A DNA stretch of 63,970 bases, counting the filler, from Licmophora abbreviata (Eukaryota), in the NCBI GenBank assembly GCA_900291995.1. It is 18 parts of 18 records of this genome, joined end to end, with 100 filler letters (N's around TTAATTAATTAA, not from the genome) between each part and the next. Parts side by side here need not be neighbours in the genome. Positions count along the whole stretch, not along the records: positions 46,915 to 48,471 come from OLMU01006155.1; positions 48,572 to 50,165 come from OLMU01006156.1; positions 50,266 to 52,392 come from OLMU01006157.1; positions 52,493 to 54,891 come from OLMU01006158.1; positions 54,992 to 59,948 come from OLMU01006159.1; 13 more parts are not named here. The stretch is one strand, 5' to 3'. Below are positions 46,915-59,070 of this stretch, in pieces. A program made the translations under genes and the position numbers. A model generated the notes under the pieces. That model did no database searches. It worked only from the letters and a program-made list of their open reading frames with translations, and was not told the DNA's origin. Numbering within the stretch: the first letter of the stretch is position 1; every line of letters begins with the position of its first letter.

Positions 46915-48312
46915 CCCTGCATTGAATCCCTTCTCCAAATCGAAGCTTCGATCTGCCTGGATCAAGGCTACTCGATAATGATTGCCATTCCATGGCCAGC
47001 CACTTTGCCCAGGGAAGCCGCTGTTCATGTTGTAGTTTGGTACGTTGTCATCAATGTGATAAATGAGCAAGCCCCCGTCGTACAACTGAGCATCCCAGAA
47101 CAGTGGCTGTCTGTTTTCAATCAAAATGTACTCGTTGGATGGAAAGCCGAAATCCAGTCGATAGACTTCTTGTGTCGTCGCGGAGGCGAGTGCCTTGTAC
47201 TCGCCATCCTTGGAAATGACAATCGGGTCGAGCCAACCCAGTTCCATTTTACACCATGGGCTGAGATGCGCCGGGAAGGTCTGTCCTCCATCGATTCCAT
47301 ACTGCGAGTTTGAACGAGAGAGGCAGGAAACAGGTGAGAATCACAGGCTTTACGTAATACTAGCCAGCCATATTCTTCATGGTACGACTTACCGGATTGC
47401 TCATGATGTCATAGACCCCTAATCCATTTCCAATCCAGTTGCCGTCGTATAAGTCAGGCAGTCCTATTGTATGCAATAGCTCGTGCGTCAATACTCCAAT
47501 TCTGGCGACTTGGTTGTCACACGTTCCCCGTTGTGCTGCTGTCACCATGTACGTTCCTGTTCGTATACGCCCATCTGCTGATTTCCATGACGCAGGACTG
47601 CCGCCGATTGCATGACTCCACACCCTATCAAGGTGGCGATGTTTGCTGTAACAGTCCTCGCCACCGATCTCGGCCGCATATCCCGAATGCAGTAAAAAGA
47701 GAGAGTCGATCACACCATCCCCATCAGTATCGAATTGACTAAAATCGAACCCTTTCGCTTCGTATGCGTTTAGTATTGGGTGCATGGCATATCCTAGGTC
47801 AGGCGTCAGACCCGACATGTTGAAGGTGTAGTACTTTTCGGTATTGTCCGTGACGGTCCAGTCCAGTATCGTCGTTTCCAATTGAAACTGATCGTAACTA
47901 TTTATTCGGAGAAACTCTGCCACAGAGCCGGTAGGAACCGTGTCGGACGTGCCTGTGTAGTGAAACAGGTCTTCAATTTGAGATGCGGAAGGCAGATTTC
48001 GGTTGTTGTGATCGGGAAACTTGATCAGGACGATCAGCGTCTTCACGGTCCCAGATTGCTGCATGATGCGTCTTGTTCGTTGGGTTTGGTTAACAAAGAG
48101 TTATCCATCTCTTGACATTCCTCGACGGAGAGGCCTGAGCAGACCATTGGGTTCAGGAGTCGAGTCGAATAATCTGAGTCGTGTTGCTCACTTAACCTTC
48201 TTCGACTTGGGTGGTCTTCTAACGACTCGTCTTGCAGCAAATCAGGGTGCGGTGGTGCCAGGGCCCCTGCAAGAGATATACACATGCCGATGATCGCTAG
48301 TATACGTCTCAT
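46915..48312 (-). CDS. Second M6-family metalloprotease (tandem paralog), 3' end in gap; intron 47302-47392, frameshift near 48095
   Basis: Signal peptide then APPHP, LIVLIKFPDH, HELLH..GLPDLYD and EYILIENRQ. Intron at the same position as in the first copy. Confidence 0.87.
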
Positions 48313-49124
48313 GGCTCGACCGCTTGTCCCCGACAAGTACAGTTGTGATGCCATAGTCCAGGGCTTTTGCAGTCGCATCAATGAGTAACTTTGCTTCCAC
48401 TTTTCCCTTGCGTCTCACTTTTGCCAGCTCACAGACATTTCTGCCCGGGCCACTTAGAGGCTCACAAGGAANNNNNNNNNNNNNNNNNNNNNNNNNNNNN
48501 NNNNNNNNNNNNNNNTTAATTAATTAANNNNNNNNNNNNNNNNNNNNNNNNNNNNNNNNNNNNNNNNNNNNGGCATAAGTGGCATATATTTATTGGGTTG
48601 ACATCCCCATTTTATGCACGATCAAGTAAGTAAAGCTAGTCATTCTAGACGCTCGTGAACCTATGGATGACCTTTATTTAGGCCTGCATCTTTCTTTCTG
48701 ACTCACTCAATCGAACCGTCCAAATTGCGAACCACGTGAGACTGTGATGGCATCTTTTTCTCGAGCTTTTGCCTCGAAGCATCAGAATAATCGCCCGAAG
48801 AGCACCTGCGCGCGACGAGATGAGAGATGAGGCTTTCGACCGGCGTCCATCCATCATCCGTCATTCACTCAGTCGGAGTGTTATCCAGTCCCGCATCCGA
48901 AGTGCATTCCGGTCCTAACAAACGTACATGAGCATTTCCACGAGCAGTACGTCCTCACAAGAATCTCAATGGAATCGAATCAACTCACCCTTTGATTTGC
49001 AAAAGATTCGGGCAAATCTTTGAAGAAAAGATTCGGACTTCACACAAATGCAGTGCAACCTTACTCACAACTTTAGCGCCAACCGCTAGGATCTTTCTCT
49101 TTCGGATTTCAAACTTGAAGACTC

Positions 49125-50828
49125 ATGAAGCTCAGTTCTTGCCTTGTTGCGATTGCGGCCCTCGTCCCATCTGTGGGGGGTGATGGCACACGCAGCCTAA
49201 CGGGTAAGTTGGAAGATGGAAGTTCCCCGCGGTGAATTTGTGGCCGAGCAACAACTCACTCAATGATTCTTCCATGTTGCTATCTTGCTTGTGTATTCGA
49301 CAGGTAACAGGAAGAAGAAGATTCAGGCGAACGAAGACTATCAGAAGCACTATCTGGTATGTGATATGAGCGAAGCGCAAGGCTACGACGCAGATGGACT
49401 TGTACCACAGCTAAATCCTCACAATTGATTTTGTCTTTCAATCTTCCCCCCGCAGGTAGGACTGTTGAACTACCCGAATGACTATGTCCCTGATATTCTC
49501 GACGGCGTCACGAGTGGAACCTACGATATCTCCGGCGTTGTCGACGGTCCCTACGACTACATTCCTAGTGTTGGTTTCTCTGACATTGAGTTCTACAAGG
49601 ACGAGAATGGAAGTCCAGTACTTGGAGAGTTCTTCTGTCTCTCGGACAATGGATACGGTAGTTCCAGCAACTCCCCTGATTACGCGCTAAACATTGTGCA
49701 TATGAAAATTCAGAAGCCGTTCACCTTTCGCCACGGCGAGTCTACTTTCGAGACGTACACTGAGACTGAGAACTTAAATACCGTGGTTCTTCATGATCCT
49801 AACAAGTACATCAAGTGGGAGAATGGAGCCGATATCCAGGTCGAGTACAAGGTGCCCGACAATACTTGGAAGGAATTCAAGGAGATGCGCGTCTTGACGG
49901 GCCGTGACTTTGACGTGGAAGGCCTGGCCGTCTTGAACAAAGAATGTGCTATCGTGGGCGATGAGCTGATGCCTGCGATCTTTGCCGTCAATCCCTCGAC
50001 GGGCGTTGTCTTGAGTCCATTCGTCCGCACGCCGGACATTAAAAAGGACGGCTCGTTCAAGAGGAATACCTACTTAAGCACGAGAGGCGACAAGGTTCAT
50101 TGCGACGTTGACGTCCTGGAGGATGACGCCGACGAGTGCCGTTCTGTCTCATCTGAGGTCGTCGANNNNNNNNNNNNNNNNNNNNNNNNNNNNNNNNNNN
50201 NNNNNNNNNTTAATTAATTAANNNNNNNNNNNNNNNNNNNNNNNNNNNNNNNNNNNNNNNNNNNNCCTTGGATTCTATCCTTTCGAGCTCAACGCTGGCA
50301 ACATTGCCGACGTGAGTGCCATTCCAGGATCTAGCACCAAAGTCGTTGTGATTGAGCGCAACGGGTTCCCAGGTGGACATGTGTTCCCAGCGCCACGCAT
50401 GCCTGCGAACAAGGTCTGCGTCGTCGATCTCTATGACCTGGACGATGACATGGTGATGAAAAACAAGAAGTGTATTTTGAGTAAGTGCAGCTTGTAGGTG
50501 TGTCTTGACTTTGAACACAAGAATGTACCGCTCACTCACCTCTCCATTGTCTCCAAACTGTGCAGACTACCATGACATTGACGATCCTTGGGATGTGGAT
50601 GGCAATGGCATCTTCAAGTATGCACAAACGCAAGTGACGAATGAGCAACTCATTGTAGTTGATGACTACTGCGTTGTCGCAGGAACAGATACAAACTTTC
50701 CCTTCACGAACCAGTTTGGACTCGAGCCCGACCAGGTTCCATTCTGGCAGGAAGTAACAGACACACGCTTCATGGTGGTGTGCTTTCTGGAGCCGATCTT
50801 TGATGCTCACTACCCGCTCATGGACTAA
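49125..50828 (+). CDS. Secreted 'esterase-like activity of phytase' (phytase-like beta-propeller) protein, multi-exon, spans gap 50166-50265
   Basis: Signal peptide MKLSSCLVAIAALVP, then GFSDI, LSDNGYG, LTGRDFDVEGL, GDELMP, VIERNG and DTNFPF motifs. Confidence 0.8.
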
Positions 50829-51333
50829 GGAGGGAGATAGGTAGATTTCATATCTTACGTCTGCAAAGGTTAAGGTGGCATCTCTCACATAGTTTTTCGA
50901 GTAAGTCTTAAGGACAAGAGTCATTCACGCAGACCGGCTAGAAAAGGTGAACTAGAACTCACGCCGATCATTTCAAATTCGATTCATTCCTCTGGTGGCT
51001 CTCGCTACAGCTTTGCGACGACGTACAGAGGAGTCAAATGAACTTTTCATAGTGTTGATGGAACTTAGCTTGCCGCGATCGAGCTGTTGAGGTCGAAGAG
51101 AAGTGATGCTTCTCTCATTCGTTCGAAACGACGCCCTTTGAGTGCGAGCTCTCCTCTCGTATACAATGAATCGCGAGCGCGCGTGTGTTTGATGGAACAT
51201 TGATGTTCAATGTGTCTCGACTCTCGACATCATCGTCATGTGTGATGACTGATGTCTTGAGCATACCGCAAGGTCGTCGTCCTGGTGGGCTACTTCTGGC
51301 TTTCTCCTTGCTTTCCGTTTGAAAGATTGAATC

Positions 51334-52920
51334 ATGAAGAAAGCTACGAATCGCTGTAGAGGGCCCTGGCGAGCTTGGATAGCCTCCATGCTGCTGCTGT
51401 TCTGTGATGCCCATCCGCGGATTCCCTCCGTCGCCTCGTTTGCCTTCAGACTCCCACAACGTTCGGGGCCAGTCGGTTGCTGCACACAAAAGTGCATCAA
51501 TCCTATACCAAAACTTACCTATCCGATAGACACAGGGCGACCGTATGCTACGAGAAGAAATGATTTTGTGTCCCACATGACGACGAAAGCTCCTCGTTCC
51601 TCCAGAACGAAACTACATTCCTCTGCCACCCTCGCTACTACTTCCGCCTCGCTGCTACAATCTTGGGGCTACATGGTTCTGCTAGCGTTCCAGTTTGGGG
51701 CGCAGCCTATTTTAACAAAATCCTTTACTCCTAAAACGATCGTGAGAAGTACCGTGGTGTTGACCCAAGAGTTGGTGAAATTTGCGGCCGCTGCTGCCTT
51801 CTTGCTGTTGGGGGGCGAATACCGAGCGGCGGTACAAGGTAAGGCGATACGAACTCATCGTATGAAAAGAGCTCCGATGTAAGCTTGTCACTCACCCTGT
51901 ACTATTTCTTTCTATCAAACCCCTGACAGGCTGGAACACGTCGACGTGGATGTTGGTGGCGGGCATTCCCGCCTCACTGTATGTAGTTCAAAACTATTGT
52001 GCCCTCATTGCCTACCAGAATCTATCGCCCGTGACATTTAATGTCTTGAACCAGACCAAGACTCTATCCGCGGCACTCTGTTGTTTTCTTGTCATGGGAC
52101 GAGTCCAGTCCAAGTTGCAGATTGTATCTCTGTACATCTTGCTCTTGTCGGCACTGGTGATTGAAAAAGTTGTGCCGCTGCCGGGATTCTTTCAAAGGAA
52201 GAAGCAGAATAAAATTACGAAGGCGGAGACAGATAACACTGCCACGGACGGCAAAGCTGCGTTCGAGTTGCGAGCCACCAAAGACGATGACTCTCGAAAG
52301 CTGCACTTTTTGGCAGGAGTCCTTCCGGTACTCACGGCGAGTTTTCTATCAGGCTTGGCCGGTGCCTTGTCGCAACGAAGTTTGATGGACAGNNNNNNNN
52401 NNNNNNNNNNNNNNNNNNNNNNNNNNNNNNNNNNNNTTAATTAATTAANNNNNNNNNNNNNNNNNNNNNNNNNNNNNNNNNNNNNNNNNNNNCCGGTGCC
52501 TTGTCGCAACGAAGTTTGATGGACAGGGGTCGCAATTCCTATCTCTTTACAATGGAACTGAGTGCCGCAAGTAGTGGCCTTCTGTTGATAAGCTTGTTGT
52601 TGAACTCTCCCGACGGGAAAAAGATTAGAGAAAAAGGCTTCTTTACTGGATGGACCTCCAAGACGATTGTACCCGTCGTCACCAATGCACTTGGGGGCAT
52701 TCTAGTGGGACTTGTCACCAAGCACGCAGGGTCTGTACGGAAAGGATTTGCTTTGATTTTCGGATTGCTATTGTCAGGTCTTCTGCAAGCACAAGTCATC
52801 GCGACTGATGACAACGAGGATACTCGGATCACCCCCGAACAAGTCTTGGGTGGTATCTTGGCAGCGACGAGTTTGTGGATGCATGCACGATTTCCTCACG
52901 TTTCACTTCCTGCAAGTTAA
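51334..52920 (+). CDS. Nucleotide-sugar transporter (SLC35A, UDP-Gal/CMP-Sia type); intron about 51839-51929, spans gap 52393-52492
   Basis: QELVK, IPASLYVVQN, FNVLNQTKTLSAA, SGLAGA and GGILVGLVTKHA.SVRKGFA. Start codon uncertain. Confidence 0.88.
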
Positions 52921-53124
52921 AATATTATAGAAACGGTGGTACAGTCTAGTAACGCGGCTCACGCAGTCCAACGAAAGAAGGCGGTTCGAGACTGATCGAC
53001 TTGGAAACCTGCACACAAAAATGAATCTCTATTGACAAATCTAATGCATTGGAACGCATCGCTGGGTGCAGCATCGGTGCACTCGGCTGTAACTTTCAAA
53101 CGGTGATCGTTCTCCAACAGCTTA

Positions 53125-53646
53125 TTATATACCGCTGCTCCTCGAGTCCTTGCCAAACAGGCGCAAGATTCGTTTCTTCGTCAGGCGCGCCAGTCTATAA
53201 AGCAGCAACAGAGGATACACCACGAGATCGGTCAAGAATTTGACCAAGAGAACAACGAGAAACTTGCAAAAGAGCGGCACGGATATAAAAAGAATCTTTA
53301 AGATCCCTCCCTTTGCATCGGGCTCATCCGAAGACGACGATACGTTCTCTTCGACCGCTGATACATCCTGGTTGTTTTTGTTGTCGGTCTCACCACCGTT
53401 GGCCGCGTCGTACAATCGAACGTGAGAAATATGTGCTGCGCCACTAGTAGATCCAACGAGTGGATACGTTGGCTGTTGTCGACATGATCCGACGGAACGC
53501 GGAATCGATCTTGTTTGCCCAAACAGAGACGGTACTGGCCCACTTCGAAATGTGCTAGTTTTTCCTGCCAAACTAAAGGCGCAAGTAGTTCGTGACGCCG
53601 CGGCGATCAAGACTAGCAAGAGAAGGCGCTGTACAGAACGTTTCAT
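53125..53646 (-). CDS. Putative plastid-targeted small membrane protein
   Basis: Signal peptide with TTCA-FSL cleavage motif, Ser/Arg-rich transit region and C-terminal hydrophobic helix. Confidence 0.6.
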   Translation of the reverse strand: MKRSVQRLLLLVLIAAASRTTCAFSLAGKTSTFRSGPVPSLFGQTRSIPRSVGSCRQQPTYPLVGSTSGAAHISHVRLYDAANGGETDNKNNQDVSAVEENVSSSSDEPDAKGGILKILFISVPLFCKFLVVLLVKFLTDLVVYPLLLLYRLARLTKKRILRLFGKDSRSSGI

Positions 53647-54084
53647 GCTCAATACACTGTAGAAGAATCGAACAGAAAGGGAGTCACCTGTACTGCTGCT
53701 TGTCGCGTCGAACACTGGTCGTCATGTCAACAACAGGCGAGACGGCCGACAGCTGAACGGCGTCGTGCTTGTCCCGCCTCCTTCGCCCACTCTCACGATC
53801 TTTTCACTTCAACTTTGCGAGCTCCAAATTTCCGATGCTCGCCTGACGAGCTCGATTCTCTTCAGTCATGAATGATGATGTCACTATTGGATCGTGAGTT
53901 CAATCTCTGTTCAGAAGGAATCCGGCATCCATATGAATTATCGTGAGAGCTATTCTCAAACCACGTACGCATGTAGGAATATACTGATTCCTCCGTAGAT
54001 CCTCGGCGCGCGTCTTTCTTTTCTCGTCGCACTCCACGACGGCGCAGACTGAGTGAAAGAGACGACCACACGACCCTCTCGACC

Positions 54085-54688
54085 ATGGCGGACAAAAAGA
54101 CAAAGCAGTTGACGCTTCAAGAAGTGTCGAAGCACAACTCTCAAGAGAGCTGCTGGCTCATTATTGGGAACTACAACAATGGTAAGAAAGAACGATTGGA
54201 GAACGCAACGTGCCTGGCGATGACGAGCATGGCTGTGCGTTGGGCCGTCACACTCCCGTAGAATTCCCATCTCGGATGGCGTACAGACGAGCTGAAACTC
54301 GTCTCACAATTTGAACGGTTCAAGATGGTCTGTCTCACCCTACTCCTGTCTCTTCCTCTATTGTATCATACCAGGCGGTCCAAAGGTGTACGATGTAAGT
54401 AAGTACTTGGACGATCATCCCGGTGGGGCCGAAGTCATGTTGGATGTCGCGGGTCAAGATGCGGATGAATTCTTTGAGGACATTGGCCACTCGAACGATG
54501 CGCGTGAGGAACTGAAGAAGTATCTCATTGGCGACTTGTTTGTCGACGAGGAAACCAAAAAGAGAATGCAAGAAGAGGCGGAAAAAGCGGCGGCCGCCAA
54601 AAACGCCTCGGGAAGTACCAGTCTGTTGATTATTTTGGTGGCTATTCTGGCCATTGTCTACGGATATTACAAGACACAAGCGGAATAA
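54085..54688 (+). CDS. CYB5: Cytochrome b5, tail-anchored; intron 54182-54374
   Basis: [34 protein letters not shown] and a C-terminal TM. Confidence 0.95.
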
Positions 54689-54996
54689 GGACTAGATAGA
54701 GACCACTTTGCGATCATACACGCGATCCTTACTCATGTCCCTTGTAAGATCGTTTTCGCTAGATTGCCTTGACACAGTCGCTCTTACTAGCAAGTACAGG
54801 GGGTGCCATGTTTTCCCTCAGGAATAGCGATCTCTACCCCGTTGATTCTCTATTACAAACGCCCACAAGAGACATGCATGCTCTCTCATCTNNNNNNNNN
54901 NNNNNNNNNNNNNNNNNNNNNNNNNNNNNNNNNNNTTAATTAATTAANNNNNNNNNNNNNNNNNNNNNNNNNNNNNNNNNNNNNNNNNNNNAGGAA

Positions 54997-57756
54997 ATGC
55001 GCGACACGAGGAAAGTGGAGACATCCATCATTTCATCAATCCCATCGGCCATCGGCCATTATACTCCGCCAATGATTGGTAACTCGACCTTCTCCAATCA
55101 TATGGACTCATTGATGCCTTTTCAACGAGAGGGTTTCACGGTTGTTGCGCATGAGCACTTCCCATGTATGTACGATTCTTCTGAAGACCTGCACGTATAT
55201 GGAATGATGGCGGCGTTGCGTGAGGCAGGGCATCGAGTTCTTCCAGTGTTTGGAAGTCTGACATCGTGCGTTGGCGTTGACGAAAGCAAAGCGTTACTCG
55301 ACCTTGGAATCGATGTTGTATACGTGATTGATCCTGTCCAAAATGCAGATGCTCAGGACGGCCGTCTAGTAGGTATTGTCTTCGTGGAGCTGATCGACAT
55401 GCCCAGCTTGACTTTCGAGCTGATCGATCTTGTGTTCGCAACACTCTCCATCAAGTATGTTCGTAGGAATCGAGGCGGCCTACTGCTACTAACAGAGCGT
55501 CTGCGGTACGTATTGGGCTCTAGCGCCGACTTCGTTCTGGTGACTTTTGGTGCCAGCTGGCTCCTCGCCAAGGAATGGGACGCATACCGTCGTGTTGGGC
55601 TTCTACACATTGATCATCTGTGCCATGTTGGAGGTATTGGTGGTGCGGGGAAGGAGCTTCTAGCAGCGCTTACGGACATACCCATGTCGTCCATGTCCAA
55701 CATCAGTTTGTCTCTGCCACACAAAAGGGACCTTTCGGCGGCAGTGACAGAGAGGATTGTTTACGCCGGATCCGATACGGAGTCAATGTTGTGGTTCTTG
55801 GAGGCTTGGCAGTCGCTCTCACGAAACACGGACGGCAGCGTGGATATGAAGGACCGGCAACCGACTCGGCTGGTTCTCGTTGGCAATGAGACCCACGACG
55901 ATTTGGAGAGTATGACTGACCTGGCTGTAAGGGCTGGATTACATCTGGTTCTGGGCGTGGATCCCTCTACGTTATTAGAGGATAATGAAAGTGGCCCAAT
56001 GGTCCTCATAAATCCAGTTGTGGGAGACGAGCCCGCAAGCGCATTTCACCTGGCGAGGATTGTGGCTGTGATTGGCTCCGATTTGCTCATAGTAAGCACG
56101 ACGTCTGGGGCGCGTTCTCTCCGTCAAGCTCTCCGAGAACAAGTTGGGGCCGCGCTCGAGCTTCCGGATATCGCGATTTGTGACGACCCGTTAGAGTTTT
56201 CAAGCATTGTCCGCTCGTTAATGAAAGAAGACCAAACGCCACTCATCAAACAAGTCGAAGTCACGGGCCTCTCTCAGGATCTCGATCGTGTTTTGGACTC
56301 GTTGGAGGAGCAAAAGGCCCGACGTAGGTTCAAAACAACGGATCGAAGCAAGGAGGCTCCCGAACGTGTAAATGATACGAAGCCAGACCTCGTCTTGAGT
56401 CCTCATGCAGTGAAGGTTGCGGAGAATCATGGCCTTATTTCTGTACTGAACGAGAAGTACACGATCAGAGGAGGGATGGCGAATACTAACGTGACATCCG
56501 AGTGGACTTTCCATCTGACACCGTCAATTTCAGTGCTGAAGGAACCTGTAACATTGTTCGCGACGATCGGGCCTCGCATGCCAATGCTTGTGGAGGCCTT
56601 TCTCGATGGTCAATTGATGACAATCTTGTGGGAGGTACCATTCCCAATAAGTCTGATCCCTTGGGACCTTCTACCAGGCGCTCATGTTCTCGAGCTGCGT
56701 GTCCTAGATTGGGCTGGGGAGGCGGTACATGTTCACAAGGTGTACTTCTCAAGTTCCACTTATCCGCTGTTCTCGCCCATATCTCCTTTCTCTGTCAATC
56801 GCACGCTTACAGAGCCTAGCGCTGTCATACATCCGCAGTCACCCTTTCTGGTGCGCACGTTATTGAGTCAGAGCACAGAACCTGCAAGCCTCGATCAAGA
56901 GGATCAACCGTCTGAAAATCCCTCAAAGTTCAGAGTCGACTTGATGGTGCAAGCGCTTTGGGGGGCAGCGCCCACCGGGCCCCAGAGTGTCGATCTGGAG
57001 TATCAACCATTAGTTGATGTATCGAGCTTCAGATTCGACTCAGATCTCTATGGCGCTGAGGTGGTTATCGCAGATGCATCTACGAGGCTGTCCTATGTGC
57101 TTGTTCGCAGGGGGGTGCACGCAGAGCAGCGTATCATTTTGGCACCTTTGCCATTGCTATCGAACAGCGGGGCTGCGCGAGTTCCAATTCCTCGTGTTGT
57201 TTTGGTAGAGAAACACACGGATAAGATGTGGATTTTCGAAAAGTTGCGACTCGTAAAACAAAGTCGTGGCGTGACGAGATGGGAAGCGGAGGAGGTGCTG
57301 ATTGTAGATAATCAGAGTGAGACGATTGGCTACATCGATCGCGCAATGCCTCAGCTCTCACCGCTCGGTCTAGTTCGGCTCGATGAAGTAATCACGTATT
57401 CTGCCGTGCAGCACGCGATTTGCCTGAGTGTGCATCAAGAGAAGGCGGAAGTCCTGCCTATTGGCACTCATTTCCAGCTCTTGGCCGACGGCCCGCTCGT
57501 CCACTACATACCATCGGAACCAATGGCTGTGCTCCATGCCATCGAGCAATATGGTTTGGTTGTGTGCGAATACCATCAGCGCCATTGGAACAAGCAAGCC
57601 GTGTTCGTTTATTTCGAGCAACACCATAATGATGAGGCTGTCCACTGGCGTCGTCTTGTGGACAAGATGACTCAATTCTTCCCGTTATTTCCGTGGCATC
57701 GTCTACGCGCCACCACACTCGAGTTCACGCCACCGCAATGTGAAGAACCAGAGTAG
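54997..57756 (+). CDS. Large hypothetical protein, possibly GT-B glycosyltransferase-like N-half; 5' end probably in gap
   Basis: 919-aa intronless ORF. RIVYAGS....MLWFLEAW...LVLVG resembles the GT4 C-terminal domain, and PGAHVLEL resembles an Ig-like segment. Function weakly supported. Confidence 0.6.
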   Translation: MRDTRKVETSIISSIPSAIGHYTPPMIGNSTFSNHMDSLMPFQREGFTVVAHEHFPCMYDSSEDLHVYGMMAALREAGHRVLPVFGSLTSCVGVDESKALLDLGIDVVYVIDPVQNADAQDGRLVGIVFVELIDMPSLTFELIDLVFATLSIKYVRRNRGGLLLLTERLRYVLGSSADFVLVTFGASWLLAKEWDAYRRVGLLHIDHLCHVGGIGGAGKELLAALTDIPMSSMSNISLSLPHKRDLSAAVTERIVYAGSDTESMLWFLEAWQSLSRNTDGSVDMKDRQPTRLVLVGNETHDDLESMTDLAVRAGLHLVLGVDPSTLLEDNESGPMVLINPVVGDEPASAFHLARIVAVIGSDLLIVSTTSGARSLRQALREQVGAALELPDIAICDDPLEFSSIVRSLMKEDQTPLIKQVEVTGLSQDLDRVLDSLEEQKARRRFKTTDRSKEAPERVNDTKPDLVLSPHAVKVAENHGLISVLNEKYTIRGGMANTNVTSEWTFHLTPSISVLKEPVTLFATIGPRMPMLVEAFLDGQLMTILWEVPFPISLIPWDLLPGAHVLELRVLDWAGEAVHVHKVYFSSSTYPLFSPISPFSVNRTLTEPSAVIHPQSPFLVRTLLSQSTEPASLDQEDQPSENPSKFRVDLMVQALWGAAPTGPQSVDLEYQPLVDVSSFRFDSDLYGAEVVIADASTRLSYVLVRRGVHAEQRIILAPLPLLSNSGAARVPIPRVVLVEKHTDKMWIFEKLRLVKQSRGVTRWEAEEVLIVDNQSETIGYIDRAMPQLSPLGLVRLDEVITYSAVQHAICLSVHQEKAEVLPIGTHFQLLADGPLVHYIPSEPMAVLHAIEQYGLVVCEYHQRHWNKQAVFVYFEQHHNDEAVHWRRLVDKMTQFFPLFPWHRLRATTLEFTPPQCEEPE

Positions 57757-59070
57757 TGACTCTGCACTGAGCTAGAAATATCAGAAAAGTGTTCTTTTTG
57801 CTCAGAATGTAGTTGCTATTTCGATTACATCTAGGTAGGCGTCTTCACCGGAGATGCAAAGCAACTCTTCTGATCGTTCTGCATATGTATCTTCCTGCTC
57901 ACCACCTCCTTTTAGGCGTCACGCATTGAGGACGGCGTTACCTCTTGTGCATGCTGTTTTGGAGTCGACCGATCATGGTGGAAGAGCGGGTACATTATCA
58001 ATCCGTCAGAATCGCGATCTTAGAGGTCCATGCCTCAGGGTCGTGCACACTTGTCGCCATGTAATCATGCCCCTCTTTGGTCGAATGGTTCCACGACAGG
58101 CGGTACTGACCCGGACTAGGTTTGCAAATAAGCCTCTCAAGGCCACTCAGAAAATGTTCCAAACGAACACAGTCCCGAACAATGGCTCCAGAATGCTTCC
58201 CTGGCGCCTCTGCATCTCGATACGACATATTTAACATCGTGCACGAGGCGACAAGGTACGGCTTCCACAAAACAGTCGACCCGGAAAAAAGGCAGTTCAG
58301 GCCTTTCTCAGTCTGGCTTTATGGCACGGGGACACTCTACCAATGAAACAAGCACAAATGAAAAGAGGCACAGCTCTCTCTTTAGAAGACCGCAAAACAA
58401 CAAGCAGCATGTATCATTCTATCGTCGCCAACGTACGGTACATAAACTTCGGCCAAAATAGATTAGAGCCGTCGAATAGTAAAATCTATGAAGAAAGTGA
58501 GAAATTGAACCAAACACGACACGATTTCTACCGCCTCGACACTTCTAACCTAAAAAGAATGAATCAGTCGGACAATGGGGAGTGTATGGCAGCTTTCTCA
58601 GAGCAAGCATGAACAACGAACGCTGTCGTAAGCCCCGTCGTCATCGCCATGGGTCATGATGAGACTTCAGCCTCGAGGCTGAGAGATACGGCATGGAATT
58701 CGGAATCTTTCAAGATGCACTCCTGCGACTCCAGATCCCCGCGCGCGCTTGGGTCGGGGAGAGTATGATAGCGCGCTCCGTTGGCTGGTAAATTACAACC
58801 TACATTCTTGACGTATAATGATATAAATATAAATGTATTCACATACTAATAAGAACATGCATAAATATACGAGCTAATAAATATTCAGAAAATTCCTGGT
58901 ACCCAGGTACCAGTACCAGGTGTCTACTTATCATATCGTACGATAGCAGTGCTCGCACAATGATGAATCCAAAGTTTCGATCTCATATTGAATACTATCT
59001 TCTTTTGTCACCCCACCAACCCTCCAAGCTACAGCATCCATTGAATATCGGCAGTGTAGGCTGGGAGACG

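Noticed and set aside
52359..52526. 34-nt direct repeat (ccggtgccttgtcgcaacgaagtttgatggacag) flanking a gap, as a possible target-site duplication
   Set aside because: It is an unmerged contig overlap. Collapsing it restores a continuous transporter ORF.
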